The position numbers and the translations under genes are program-made. The notes beneath the pieces are model-generated. The model saw only the letters and a program-made list of their open reading frames with translations, ran no database searches and was not told the origin of the DNA. From Alphaproteobacteria bacterium (GTDB taxonomy: Bacteria > Pseudomonadota > Alphaproteobacteria > SHVP01), in contig JAPYRS010000002.1 in assembly GCA_029936875.1 (NCBI GenBank), positions 1-48,578 on the forward strand: 48,578 bases of DNA, in the 5' to 3' direction. Of the stretch, positions 1 through 10,009 are shown one piece after another; position 1 is the stretch's first letter, and every line of letters begins with the position of its first letter.

Positions 1-40
1 GGCGCACAAGGTCGATCTACCGAAACCTTAACGATCACGC

Positions 41-760
41 TCAGCGGTTGAGGCCGTAGACAACACGCTGAAAACGCCAGGCCGCGAGGCGGAGAATTGC
101 AAGGCTATAAACGGCTCCGCCGAGCAACCAAAGTTCGGCGGGGCCGTTTCCCGTTAGCAGGGCGCGGTAGGCCTCGATGACAAATCCCGGCGGCGATATC
201 AGAAAGACGTAGCGGTACCACTCGTCTGTCAAAATGAAGCTGACCGCCGGCGCCATGAAGAAGGCAAACAGCCCGCGAAAAATCACCAGGGCGACAATTT
301 TGTTGCTGGAAATTGCGGCGACAATTAACGCCATTGTCGGTGCCAGCAAACAGATTGTGAGCAGAAGCCCGGCCCATTGCCAAACCGGTAGCGAGACCCC
401 CTGAATGATTAGAATTGCTATCGCACAGGCGATCAGGGCGCCGGCATAACTGACCCCGCCGCGGAATAGCAGGATGCCCGAAATCGAAAGCGGCGCGACG
501 CTGAGCGCGTCACGGACGCCCGAATCCGATTCTTCGACCAGCAGAAATCCCATGATCATGCCGAAGCCCGCCGCGAACAAAAGCAAGAGCCCGATCATAA
601 CCGGCGCGAGGAACGGCCCGGTGCCCCATTCGGCCTGATAGATCACCAGGAAGCGGGTTGCGATTACGGCAACCAAAATCAGGGCGACGACAAAAACCAG
701 AATGCCTTCGCGAATGACGCCGCGAATATCCGCTCGCATAATGCTGAGGTAAGCCGACAT
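41..760 (-). CDS. ABC-2 type exporter permease subunit (multi-TM membrane protein)
   Basis: ORF 41..841 trimmed to the ATG at 760 (MSAYLSIM...), just downstream of the preceding permease stop (780). Strongly hydrophobic multi-helix sequence. Third gene of an ATPase-permease-permease string. ATG at 790 is an alternative start. Confidence 0.7.
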   Translation of the reverse strand: MSAYLSIMRADIRGVIREGILVFVVALILVAVIATRFLVIYQAEWGTGPFLAPVMIGLLLLFAAGFGMIMGFLLVEESDSGVRDALSVAPLSISGILLFRGGVSYAGALIACAIAILIIQGVSLPVWQWAGLLLTICLLAPTMALIVAAISSNKIVALVIFRGLFAFFMAPAVSFILTDEWYRYVFLISPPGFVIEAYRALLTGNGPAELWLLGGAVYSLAILRLAAWRFQRVVYGLNR

Positions 761-779
761 TTCTATTTTCCGTCGCCGA

Positions 780-1484
780 CTATTTGCCATCTCCGACAAT
801 CTGTATGTCGAAGGCGCGGAGCGCGACAAACCAACCCGCAATTATCCAGGCGATGCTGTAAAGGGCTGCGTAAATCCATTCGGCCGAGGTGAGCGCGTCC
901 GTTTCCACCGCACCGATGAACAGCAGAAACACCGCGTGGCTCGGAAACACGATTGTCCAATAAATACTGATCAGCCCGGTGATGCTGAGCAGTGGCAGCG
1001 CCAACAGAACGACCACGGGAATGGCGCGGCCGAAATATTGGTTGACCGTCGATGCACCGGCGACGGCGACGAAGCCCCACAGAACCGCCATGATACTGGT
1101 CGACAAAAGTGCTGCAAACATCAGCACCATATCGACGCGACCGGCAAAATCGATCAACACCAGCGCCATGCCGCCAGCGACTGATAACACTGCCAGCGAC
1201 GCCGAGCGCGCAAGCACGTAAACAAAGGCCGGCGTTGGAGTGACGCCAATCGCGTTCATGGTGCCTTCTGATTTTTCCATCAGGATCAGCACGCCGACCA
1301 TGAAAAAGGCGATGACGCCGGAATCGGCAAGAATGAGTACCGCGATGATTTCGGCGGGGAGCTCAAACGGCACCACCGCAACCATGCCGGCGACAATCGC
1401 AAAGGCAAAAACTGCGCCTGCATAAATGTAGTAGCGGGCCTGAATCCGAATATCCCAGCGCAGCAGGGTGGCAACCCGGTCCAT
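780..1484 (-). CDS. ABC-2 type exporter permease subunit
   Basis: 234-aa hydrophobic ORF starting 3 nt after the ATPase stop, so operon-like packing. Confidence 0.7.
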   Translation of the reverse strand: MDRVATLLRWDIRIQARYYIYAGAVFAFAIVAGMVAVVPFELPAEIIAVLILADSGVIAFFMVGVLILMEKSEGTMNAIGVTPTPAFVYVLARSASLAVLSVAGGMALVLIDFAGRVDMVLMFAALLSTSIMAVLWGFVAVAGASTVNQYFGRAIPVVVLLALPLLSITGLISIYWTIVFPSHAVFLLFIGAVETDALTSAEWIYAALYSIAWIIAGWFVALRAFDIQIVGDGK

Positions 1485-1486
1485 CG

Positions 1487-2350
1487 TTATTCTTCCGTGT
1501 CTAGGGCAACGCCGGTGACTTTTGCAAACACCTGATCGAGCGTCGCTTCCTGGCTGTGCAATGTGGTGATGACGCCGTCACTCAAAATGCTTTGGAATTG
1601 CGGATTGTCCGCGAGGCCATCGAGCGGGAAGGTGTCTTCTGAATTAACGCCGTTCAACGTGTATTCGACCCGGACTTCGCGCTTGCCGTGGGCAAGTTTA
1701 AGCGCGTCCGGCTGATCGACCGCAACTAGTTTTCCGGCAACCGTGAAGGCGACCCGGTCGCAGAGTTCATCGACGTCATGCATGTTGTGGGTGGTGAGAA
1801 TAATCGTCGTGCCGGATTGGTTCTGATCGCGGATGATGCCTTTGACTTCTGCGGCGGTGACCGGATCGAGGCCGGCGGTCGGTTCATCCAAAAACAGAAT
1901 GTCGGGGCTGTGTTGAATAGCGCGGGCAACATTCAGCCGCATCTTCATACCCTTGGAAAAATTACCAACCCGTTTGTCGGCATCGGCCTTGAGGCCGAAC
2001 ATTTCCAGAAGCGTATTCGGATCAACAACCGACCCCGGATAAAGCGAGCCAAAAAAGTTGAGGTTTTCGCGCGCCGTCAGTTTGAGATAGTGATTGGGAA
2101 ATTCAAAACCGACGCCGATGCGGCGGTAATAATCCTCGTCCCAGTCGCGTAAGGATTTACCGAGAACCTCGACCCCGCCCTGATAACGACGGTAGCGTTT
2201 TGTCATCACGCCTTGCAGCGTACTTTTGCCCGCACCCGACGGGCCTAGAAGGCCAAAGATCTCGCCGCGTTCAACGGTAAAACCGATGTCCTTCAGGACC
2301 GGCGCGTCGCCGCCGGGATAGGTGTAGCTGAGGTTGCTAACGGTTATCAC
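1487..2350 (-). CDS. ABC transporter ATP-binding protein (DrrA/ABC-2 exporter type)
   Basis: Walker A GPSGAGKST, signature-like FSKGMKMRL, Walker B ILFLDEPTAGLD, H-loop TTHNM. Confidence 0.9.
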   Translation of the reverse strand: MITVSNLSYTYPGGDAPVLKDIGFTVERGEIFGLLGPSGAGKSTLQGVMTKRYRRYQGGVEVLGKSLRDWDEDYYRRIGVGFEFPNHYLKLTARENLNFFGSLYPGSVVDPNTLLEMFGLKADADKRVGNFSKGMKMRLNVARAIQHSPDILFLDEPTAGLDPVTAAEVKGIIRDQNQSGTTIILTTHNMHDVDELCDRVAFTVAGKLVAVDQPDALKLAHGKREVRVEYTLNGVNSEDTFPLDGLADNPQFQSILSDGVITTLHSQEATLDQVFAKVTGVALDTEE

Positions 2351-2466
2351 GACCGCTCCTTGGTTTGTGGCGGCTCTCTATATTTGGATTTTTGTGCGGC
2401 GCATTTCAAGTGGTCTGCGGGTTTGCAGCGAGCGGATCGCAACATGCCCCCCTCAGCTGGCCCCAC

Positions 2467-3243
2467 TTAGCTCGCCATGAGGCCGCCGTCGATCACCAGT
2501 TCGGCGCCGGTGATGTAACTCGCGTCGTCGGAGGCGAGGAACAGGATGGCGGCACCGACTTCTTCCGGCTCGCCGTAGCGTTTCATCGGTACGTGGTCCG
2601 CACCGGATTTTCCGTCGCCGCGCTTTCCGGCCGGGCCTGAAAGCGGCACCAGCATCGGCGTTGCGATCGGCCCCGGCAGCACCGCGTTACAGCGGATGTT
2701 TGTATCTTCGCGGGCGCAGCGGACAGCAACGGATTTTGAAAATTGCGAGACCGCCGCTTTGCTCATGCCGTAGGGCGGTCGTCCGGGCCAGCCTTTGTGG
2801 GCAGCAATCGACGAGACATTGACGATGGCGCCGCCGCCCGATTTCCGCATCAGGGAAATACCGATCTGTGTGCCCAAAACGGTGCCCTCAATGTTGACCG
2901 CAAAAATGTTGCGCAGAAAATCGAGCGACATGTCTTCGAGCGACGGATCGATTTTCGGCGCGGTTGGGTCGTGGTTGACGCCAGCAACATTCACCAGCAC
3001 ATCAAGGCGGCCGAATTTTTCCATCACGGCGTGCGCGACACGGTCCCAGTCTTCCCGCTTGCGCACATCAAGCGGGAGCATCAAGGGATCATCGCCAAAT
3101 TCGGCGATGACGTCCGACGCAAATTCAACAAGATCGGCAGCGACCACCAGTGCGCCCTCGGCTGCAAACAGTTTTGCCGTGGCCCGGCCGATGCCGCTTC
3201 CCGCCCCGCTGACGAGCACGACTTTGTCAGTGAACCGAGACAT
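2467..3243 (-). CDS. SDR family NAD(P)-dependent oxidoreductase
   Basis: N-terminal VSGAGSGIGRA Rossmann motif, catalytic YGMSKAA (YxxxK), 258 aa. Confidence 0.9.
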   Translation of the reverse strand: MSRFTDKVVLVSGAGSGIGRATAKLFAAEGALVVAADLVEFASDVIAEFGDDPLMLPLDVRKREDWDRVAHAVMEKFGRLDVLVNVAGVNHDPTAPKIDPSLEDMSLDFLRNIFAVNIEGTVLGTQIGISLMRKSGGGAIVNVSSIAAHKGWPGRPPYGMSKAAVSQFSKSVAVRCAREDTNIRCNAVLPGPIATPMLVPLSGPAGKRGDGKSGADHVPMKRYGEPEEVGAAILFLASDDASYITGAELVIDGGLMAS

Positions 3244-3246
3244 TGG

Positions 3247-4986
3247 TTACGTCGTCATGACGTTGAGCAGCGCTTGGCGGCCTTCGTTTTTGACCGCGTC
3301 GAGGGCTTGCGCCAACGCAGGGCCAAACTGTTCCGGTGTCTCAACGCGCGCACCGAACCCGCCGACCGATTGCGGGAAAAGCTCGAAGTCGGGCGATGGT
3401 GTCAGCGCCGAAAGCGGCACGCCGTCATTCAGCTTTGACGCTTCGCCGTCCGGGTACATTTGCAAGGTGGATCCGCGAACCGCATTCCAGCGCCGGTTGT
3501 TGAACACAATAATTAAAATTGGCAAATCGTAGGCGGCGCTAATCTGGTGCATGACAACGGGATTATTAAACATGTAGGCGCCGTCGCCGACACCGGCGAC
3601 AACCATGCCGTCGCCGAGCGCGAGTTTGATGCCGAGCGCCGCGCCCAATCCCCACCCGAGCGCACCCGCCGGCGGCGTCGAGAAGAAAGACTTCGGCCGG
3701 TTTGTTGGCAGCCAATGGGCGCGCATCGGATATTCGCTGATGTAAGTGGCGTCGGCACCACAGGCGCGAAAAATTTCACGCGAGACCCAGGCCGGGTTGA
3801 GATCGCCGCCGGGACCGGTTTGGAGATCCGACTCCTTGTCGTATTCGGTCCAGAGGTCATCGTGTTCGGCTTTGAGGCGTGTGCGGCGGCTGGCAATGTC
3901 AGCATCGGCAATGCCTGCCCCTTCAAGCGCTGTTTCCAGTGCGCCGAGCGATAACGTCGCCGAACCCTGAATTGTGAGATCGCTTTTGAACCCGCGCATC
4001 GGATAACGCGCATAAATCGGATCGGCAGCGATGTGAGCAATGCGGCAATCGCTTTTCGGCTCGAACTGCAGCGGCACCCACGGCACATCACATTCAACCA
4101 GCACGATGAGATCTGCATTCTCGACCAGGCTTTGGCCGCCGAACCCGAGGTTCATTTCGTGGCTCGCGCTGATATTCATGTAACGCGCATTGTGCTGGAT
4201 CACGGGAAGCGCAAATTTGCCTGCAAGTGATTCGAGTGCTGCCACGGCTTCGGCCACTTTGCCAATTGTATTGGTGATTATCAGTGGGCGTTTTGCCGAT
4301 TTAATCCATCCGGCTAATTCGAAAATTGCACCGGGGTTCGGTGCCGTTGGCAGCGCCGCCGGCAAGCGCGTTGTTGCGCTGTGTTCTTTTTCGCTGATCT
4401 CGCGGCCAAGCGCTTCGCGCGGAAGCGTGATGTAGACCGGGCCTTTGGGATCACTGTCCGCAACTTGCAGCGCGCGGTCGATCATCGTTTCCATGTCGGC
4501 TTCGGTGCTGAACTGGTATTCCCACTTCACATATTCCCGAACCATCGACGCCTGATCGAAAACTTCCTGCGGCCAATGGATTGACCAGTTGCGGGTGCCG
4601 AAATGCCCCGATTCAGAAACCGGGTTGCGGCCGGCGGCGAGGATCATCGGAATGTTCTCGCGGGACGCATTGATCAATCCGGCAATTGAATTGGCAGTGC
4701 CGACATTAACGTGGACCATTACCGCCTGCGGTTTTCCGGTCATCAGGGTGTAGCCATAGGCCATGCCGATGGCCGCATTTTCGTGCGGCGCGGTGATCGG
4801 TTTGGGCGCGCGGCGGCCAAGTGACTTGGCTTTGGCGAGGCCTTCGGTAATCGAGGCGAAGTCGGTGCCGGCATTGGCGAAGAGATAATCCACGCCGCGG
4901 CTTTCCAGCATGGCGAGGAACGTGTCGCCAAGGTTGCCCGCAGGCAGCGTCATTTTTCCATTGGATTTGCTATCGCCGTCGCTCAT
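3247..4986 (-). CDS. Thiamine-diphosphate-dependent enzyme (acetolactate-synthase-like fold)
   Basis: ORF 3247..5190 trimmed to the ATG at 4986, preceded by AGGGGGA. ThDP motif GDGAYMFN...NN. N-terminal Pyr-domain pattern GVDYLFANAGTDF. Stop lies 3 nt before the SDR start. Confidence 0.85.
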   Translation of the reverse strand: MSDGDSKSNGKMTLPAGNLGDTFLAMLESRGVDYLFANAGTDFASITEGLAKAKSLGRRAPKPITAPHENAAIGMAYGYTLMTGKPQAVMVHVNVGTANSIAGLINASRENIPMILAAGRNPVSESGHFGTRNWSIHWPQEVFDQASMVREYVKWEYQFSTEADMETMIDRALQVADSDPKGPVYITLPREALGREISEKEHSATTRLPAALPTAPNPGAIFELAGWIKSAKRPLIITNTIGKVAEAVAALESLAGKFALPVIQHNARYMNISASHEMNLGFGGQSLVENADLIVLVECDVPWVPLQFEPKSDCRIAHIAADPIYARYPMRGFKSDLTIQGSATLSLGALETALEGAGIADADIASRRTRLKAEHDDLWTEYDKESDLQTGPGGDLNPAWVSREIFRACGADATYISEYPMRAHWLPTNRPKSFFSTPPAGALGWGLGAALGIKLALGDGMVVAGVGDGAYMFNNPVVMHQISAAYDLPILIIVFNNRRWNAVRGSTLQMYPDGEASKLNDGVPLSALTPSPDFELFPQSVGGFGARVETPEQFGPALAQALDAVKNEGRQALLNVMTT

Positions 4987-5191
4987 GTATCCCCCTGAGG
5001 CACGCGACTTTTTTTCGGAATTGAGTGCCGCGTGGCCGAATTTGGCCGCTAGGCTAGCAGATACCGGGCCCTCCCGTCCCCATCGGCAAATGAAGGTTCG
5101 GTGTTCGATAGATACCGCCTTTCTAGAAATCAAACAGTGGGCGGAGTATCGTGGAACGGCGCGGTGGAAACCGCGGCAGGGGAGGAACAAA

Positions 5192-6091
5192 ATGTCAAAA
5201 TGGCTTTGGGTTTTGGCGCTGAGCTTTGGATTTGCAGTGGCCGGACCGTTGCAGGCGCAGGAACAGCGCTATCAGGCGTGGCCGTCCGAACCGGACGACA
5301 ACCAAAGCCTTATTGATGCGCTCCGCCCGTTGATCGATGACGCTGAACGGTCACGCGCCGCCGACCCACGATTTCTTTCTGATCTTCGCGCCGTGTTGCG
5401 GCGGTTTGATTACGAATGGCGGGTAAGAATTCTCAGCGAGGATTTCCGCGACGGCGACTTTACCCGCAACCCGGTCTGGACCATCGCCCAGGGTGAATTC
5501 TACATGGCGCGCGGCGGCGGGTTGTTAAGTGAAGCCAGCGGCGCACCGGCAATCCGAACCGGGCAGCCGACCCGGAACCGCGATGTTGTCGCGGGCATTC
5601 TCGGCCGCATTCTCGAAGAAGCACTCGACGACGATGACGACGACGGCCAACAGACCAGCCAGAGCCGCCCGGCCGAGACCGGCGAAATCTACCTCCCGGT
5701 TTCGATCACGCCAGCCTTCGCGATTACCGCCGAGGTAATTGCCGCCGAAGCGAAGGAACGCTTCGATCTTTCCGTCTATATGGGTGGCGACAGGCAAACG
5801 CGGTACAGGCTTTCCCTGGTGCCGGGCGCCGGAGTCGAACTGTTGCGGGAATCAAATCGTGGCGCCTCGATTATCGATTCACGTCGCGATCCATCGATCC
5901 TGACACTGAACGAAGCGCAATTGGTGGTATGGCGCCGCAGCGCGGACGGCTTGATGACCGTCGAAGTTAACGGCCAGACCTTGCTGGAAGTTACCGACCG
6001 CGCGTTTCGCGATTCATTTTCCGGATTTGCACTCACCAATCGCGGCGGCGCCTATATTCTCCGGACGCTGATCGTCGACGGGACGCGCTAG
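5192..6091 (+). CDS. Secreted hypothetical protein (acidic D6 patch, C-terminal beta-sandwich-like region)
   Basis: ORF 4910..6091 trimmed to the ATG at 5192, preceded by GGAGGA. Signal peptide MSKWLWVLALSFGFAVAGPLQAQ. The upstream part of the ORF overlaps the ThDP gene on the other strand. Confidence 0.6.
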   Translation: MSKWLWVLALSFGFAVAGPLQAQEQRYQAWPSEPDDNQSLIDALRPLIDDAERSRAADPRFLSDLRAVLRRFDYEWRVRILSEDFRDGDFTRNPVWTIAQGEFYMARGGGLLSEASGAPAIRTGQPTRNRDVVAGILGRILEEALDDDDDDGQQTSQSRPAETGEIYLPVSITPAFAITAEVIAAEAKERFDLSVYMGGDRQTRYRLSLVPGAGVELLRESNRGASIIDSRRDPSILTLNEAQLVVWRRSADGLMTVEVNGQTLLEVTDRAFRDSFSGFALTNRGGAYILRTLIVDGTR

Positions 6092-6479
6092 CGCCGGGTG
6101 AATTGATGTCAGAGCGGGGCGAAACGCGTCGGTTAGCGGCGATCATGGCGTCAGCTAGAACAAATGGGAGGAGGCGTTGCGGTTTCAACCCGGCCTTGAG
6201 GTTGAGGCCTATCTGGTCTCACTCCGGCGTTTGTTCCGTGACGGCGAACAGTTCGAGCCGATCCGCCGCGGCATGATAATCGCTTTCGGTGCCGCGGAAT
6301 TAGACGCCGAGTAGTTGCGGCTATCCCACAAAAAACGGCCCCCGCCATTTAATTTTTTGGTTGAGAGGGCGGTTTTGCTGTGTCCGGGTCGGCGAAAATA
6401 AAGCCGGACCGGGGCTGCCGTTTCACCCGAAGGCGAAAATGACCTTGATGCCCCGGCCCGTTCTCCTCCCCCCGGAGAA

Positions 6480-7652
6480 CTATTCGGCGGCTTGCGCGGC
6501 CGCGGGATCTTCCGGCTCACCAAGGTGACGAACCGCCGGGAACACGATGTCGCGGAGGTAATCCTGCGTCCGCGTTACGTGCTCGTCGGCAACATTACCA
6601 ACCTTAATGGTCATCCCGAGACGACCCATGCCGAGTTCTTTATAGGCATTGGTGATCTGGTCGATTGCCATTTCCGGCGTACCGCAAATCATCAATCCGG
6701 CCTCGACGCGTTCGTCGAACGACATGCCGCCGGCGCCCGACCGCATGTTGACGAACTTCTGCGCCTGCGCCTTGGCGACTTCCTGATCGTGGTAGTAGCG
6801 GGTTTTCTGCACGACCAGTTTTTGGGCCGTCCGGATGCCGCCGCCGAGTACGCCAAAGAAATATTCCTGCCCGGCTTGAAGAATTGTCTTCGCTTCTTCG
6901 TAGGTCGGCGCGATACAGCAATTCATACCGATGTTGATATGAAGCGGTGTCGGCTCCCAACCAAATTTACGGGCATTTACTTTGAAGTTTTCGATGTGCT
7001 TGCGCCCATCTTCCATGCTGGTCAAGGCGAGAATGCCGGCGATGGCGTGATGCTTTGCCGCCAGTTCTGATGAGAACGGGCTGGTCGCCGACATCAGGAT
7101 CGGCACCGGATTCTGTATCGGTTTCGGCCAGATCGAGACGGCGCGATACTGGTAGAATTCGCCTTCCCAGCCGAACGGCTCGGTTTCAGTCCAGCATTTT
7201 AAGATGAGCGCTGTTGCCTCCCCCATGCGGCCATAAGACTCGCTCGGCGACGCGTTATAGGCGATGTATTCGTGCGGAATGCCGCGCATCAACCCGGCAA
7301 CCAGGCGGCCCCCGCTGATGATGTCGAGCATCGCGTATTCTTCCGCAATCCGGAGCGGATTCATCAGCGGCAGAATATTGCCGGACTGAAGAATGCCGGC
7401 GGTCTTGGTGCGGTGGGCGACGATGGCGCCAACAAGATTGGGGTTCGGCATCAAGCCGTACGGGCTCATGTGATGCTCGTTGCAACCAATCCAGTCAAAC
7501 CCCGTCTGTTCCGCATAGATTTTATCTTCAACATACTTGTTGAACATTTCCGAGCCTTTGACCGGATCGAACTGATTATTGGCAACAGGCCAATCCTGCC
7601 CCGCCTGTTTGATGCCGGTGTAGGGCATGTGATGAGTGTATGAAAAACGCAT
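6480..7652 (-). CDS. LLM-class (luciferase-like) flavin-dependent monooxygenase, paralog 1
   Basis: 390 aa. Conserved block GFDWIGCNEHHMSPYG...NPLRIAEEYAMLDIISGGRL typical of the luciferase-like TIM-barrel family. Confidence 0.85.
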   Translation of the reverse strand: MRFSYTHHMPYTGIKQAGQDWPVANNQFDPVKGSEMFNKYVEDKIYAEQTGFDWIGCNEHHMSPYGLMPNPNLVGAIVAHRTKTAGILQSGNILPLMNPLRIAEEYAMLDIISGGRLVAGLMRGIPHEYIAYNASPSESYGRMGEATALILKCWTETEPFGWEGEFYQYRAVSIWPKPIQNPVPILMSATSPFSSELAAKHHAIAGILALTSMEDGRKHIENFKVNARKFGWEPTPLHINIGMNCCIAPTYEEAKTILQAGQEYFFGVLGGGIRTAQKLVVQKTRYYHDQEVAKAQAQKFVNMRSGAGGMSFDERVEAGLMICGTPEMAIDQITNAYKELGMGRLGMTIKVGNVADEHVTRTQDYLRDIVFPAVRHLGEPEDPAAAQAAE

Positions 7653-7673
7653 GATGTTCCTCCTTTCAGGCGG

Positions 7674-8477
7674 TCAGGCTTTTGAGACGGCTTCGAAGCC
7701 AGCGGCTTCGTCACCCCAATTGACGAGGAACCCCTCGCCGCGGGCGAGAAAATCATTGACCAGAAGCGAGACCCGCTCCGGCTGATCGATTTCAAGTCCG
7801 TGCGCCGCGTCATAGACATAAACAAGGTGCGAGCGATTCAGTTTCGATTTCAGAAGCTGCATGCTTTCCTTGGGAATCGCTCCGTCTTCGGTGCCATGCA
7901 CGACGAGAACGAGATTTTCGATCTCACCCAAACGGGCGACCAGCGCGTTATCCATCGGCGCGCCACTGTGATAATGGCCCATGGCTTCGCGGTTGTGCTT
8001 CAAAACGTCTTCCGGTTTGTCTTCGGATGGGATCTTTTCCGGATGGGCATACATGACTTTGACGAACTCCGCCGGGTCGGTCGGCAGGCCCGGCGCGTCC
8101 TTGCCGCGGAAACCGGCCGGTGCCTGAAGAATGATCTGATCGACCAAATCGCCGTGCAAAACTGCGAGCCAGCAGGCAACCCAGCCGCCAAACGAATAGC
8201 CGATGAGATCGCATTTCTCGCCGATTTCGGAATCAATGAATTCCTTCGCGAGTTCGGCCATGCCCTCCATCGTATCGACGCCGTCGAGATAATCAGTGCC
8301 GTCAAATCCCGGCGTCACCATCATGAAGACGGTGTGGTTTTCGGCAAGATCGAGCACCGGCTGGGTGACCCGAATGCCGCCACCAGAATGGAGGTAGAGA
8401 ATGGGACGCCCTTCTCCGCCGACATGATATTTGACCGACCCCTTGGAAAGGCTGGCCGTTTTTTCGGTAAATGACAT
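7674..8477 (-). CDS. Alpha/beta hydrolase
   Basis: HSGGG oxyanion region, nucleophile elbow GYSFGG, C-terminal DAAH. 267 aa, lying between the two LLM genes. Confidence 0.8.
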   Translation of the reverse strand: MSFTEKTASLSKGSVKYHVGGEGRPILYLHSGGGIRVTQPVLDLAENHTVFMMVTPGFDGTDYLDGVDTMEGMAELAKEFIDSEIGEKCDLIGYSFGGWVACWLAVLHGDLVDQIILQAPAGFRGKDAPGLPTDPAEFVKVMYAHPEKIPSEDKPEDVLKHNREAMGHYHSGAPMDNALVARLGEIENLVLVVHGTEDGAIPKESMQLLKSKLNRSHLVYVYDAAHGLEIDQPERVSLLVNDFLARGEGFLVNWGDEAAGFEAVSKA

Positions 8478-8540
8478 TTCTATCTTCCTTCGATTGAGCT
8501 GTGTCGTTGTTGGTGAAACGGTGGGTGTTGCAAAAAATTT

Positions 8541-9662
8541 CTAACGGCCATTTTGAAAGGCGGGCATGACGCGTTCCTGAAACATTTTCATGCCGGCGGT
8601 AATGGCCTCGTCCGGGATGTTGCCGGTTTTCATATTGATGTTGGTGACGCCGTGGCCGAGTTGAGATTCGACGTACCGGAGCTGTTCGACAACCTGCTCC
8701 GGCGTGCCGCAGAGTGCAGTTCCGGCCTCAATCAGGTCGTCAACCGAAATCATCGCGGCTTTGCGGGCATCAATAAATTTGCCCTTCATTTCATCGTCGT
8801 AATAACGCGATTTGTGAAGGACGAGTTGTTGCGCTGTACGAATGCCGCCACCGAGGACTTCGGCAAAGAACTTGCGCCCGCCGGTCAGCATCTCTTTGGC
8901 TTCATCGGCGTCTTCTGAAATAGCCAACGAAAGTCCGACCAGAATGTCAGACGGTTTCGGCTCCCAGCCGTGTTCGCGCGCGGAATTCTTGTAGGCGTCA
9001 ATCAACTCGCGGGCATTCTCCATTGTCTTGATCTGGGCGATACCGAACATCGCGCCGAACTGCCCAGCGATTTCTGCCGAACGTTTTGACGAACCCGACA
9101 TGATGATGCGCGGGTGCGGCTTTTGGATCGGGCGGGGCCAGATCGAGACGGCGCGGTACTGGTAGAATTCACCTTCCCAGCCAAACGGTTCCGGCTCGGT
9201 CCAGGCTTTGATGATGAGTTGGGTTGCTTCCAAGAGGCGATCGTAGGATTCGCTCGGCGAAACATTGTAGGCGACATATTCATGCGGAATGCCGCGGAAC
9301 ATGCCGGCGATCAGACGGCCGCCACTGAGGACGTCAAGCATCGCGTATTCTTCGGCGACGCGAAGCGGATTGAGCAGCGGAATTAGATTGCCAACCATGG
9401 CGATCTTGATTTTTTTTGTACGCTGAATGAGCGACGCGCCGATGATGTTGGGGTTGGCCATCATCCCGAACGGGCTCATGTGATGCTCGTTACAGCCGAC
9501 CCAATCAAAGCCGCATTCTTCAGCGTAGGCCATGTTGTCGATATAGGTGGTGTAAAGTTCGTGGCCGATCTCGGGGTCGAAACGATGGTTCGGCACCGGC
9601 CAGTCCTTGGTCGTTTCCGGACTTGCCGTGTACGGCATCAAATGAAAATACGCGAACTCCAT
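8541..9662 (-). CDS. LLM-class flavin-dependent monooxygenase, paralog 2
   Basis: 373 aa, collinear with paralog 1 (GFDWVGCNEHHMSPFG...NPLRVAEEYAMLDVLSGGRL). Confidence 0.85.
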   Translation of the reverse strand: MEFAYFHLMPYTASPETTKDWPVPNHRFDPEIGHELYTTYIDNMAYAEECGFDWVGCNEHHMSPFGMMANPNIIGASLIQRTKKIKIAMVGNLIPLLNPLRVAEEYAMLDVLSGGRLIAGMFRGIPHEYVAYNVSPSESYDRLLEATQLIIKAWTEPEPFGWEGEFYQYRAVSIWPRPIQKPHPRIIMSGSSKRSAEIAGQFGAMFGIAQIKTMENARELIDAYKNSAREHGWEPKPSDILVGLSLAISEDADEAKEMLTGGRKFFAEVLGGGIRTAQQLVLHKSRYYDDEMKGKFIDARKAAMISVDDLIEAGTALCGTPEQVVEQLRYVESQLGHGVTNINMKTGNIPDEAITAGMKMFQERVMPAFQNGR

Positions 9663-10009
9663 TTAGCTCCCCCCAACCGGGTTCCTGATGCGCCACCCAA
9701 GTGACGATTTGGCGAATGATTATGTGGCGACGTGCGGCCCCGCCCTCTCCCTGAAAAGGGGGGTGCCATCGTCGTACCTGAAGCGGGAGTTGAATCCAAT
9801 CCGGCTGCCGATTCTGTCCGCAATGCGGACAGCTCCGGTCGAGCCCTGTCTGAGTTGCGGTCAACGCCCGGCCTCCCGACCTCTCGCGAATTGGCGCGAC
9901 AACCCTGGAATCGAACAGGATTCACCATTCAAATATGGTAAGAACGGCGGAATTGCTGATCGCCCGGTCGCAAATGAGGCGAGAAAATTGGAAATTGAAG
10001 GGGAAACTA

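Noticed and set aside
2743-3532. Long plus-strand ORFs (2743..3438, 2795..3532) and many similar 60-200-aa ORFs antisense to or overlapping recognisable genes throughout the track (for example 105..383, 3513..4118, 8000..8305, 12301..12847, 15669..16193, 28751..29555, 35050..35622).
   Set aside because: They lie entirely within, and antisense or out of frame to, genes with clear family motifs. Their translations are Arg/Ala/Pro/Ser-rich, the typical shadow-ORF composition of GC-rich DNA. None has a convincing RBS.
4910-5191. N-terminal 94 codons of track ORF 4910..6091.
   Set aside because: The region overlaps the 5' end of the ThDP enzyme gene on the opposite strand. A GGAGGA-ATG (5192) followed by a textbook signal peptide gives a far better start.
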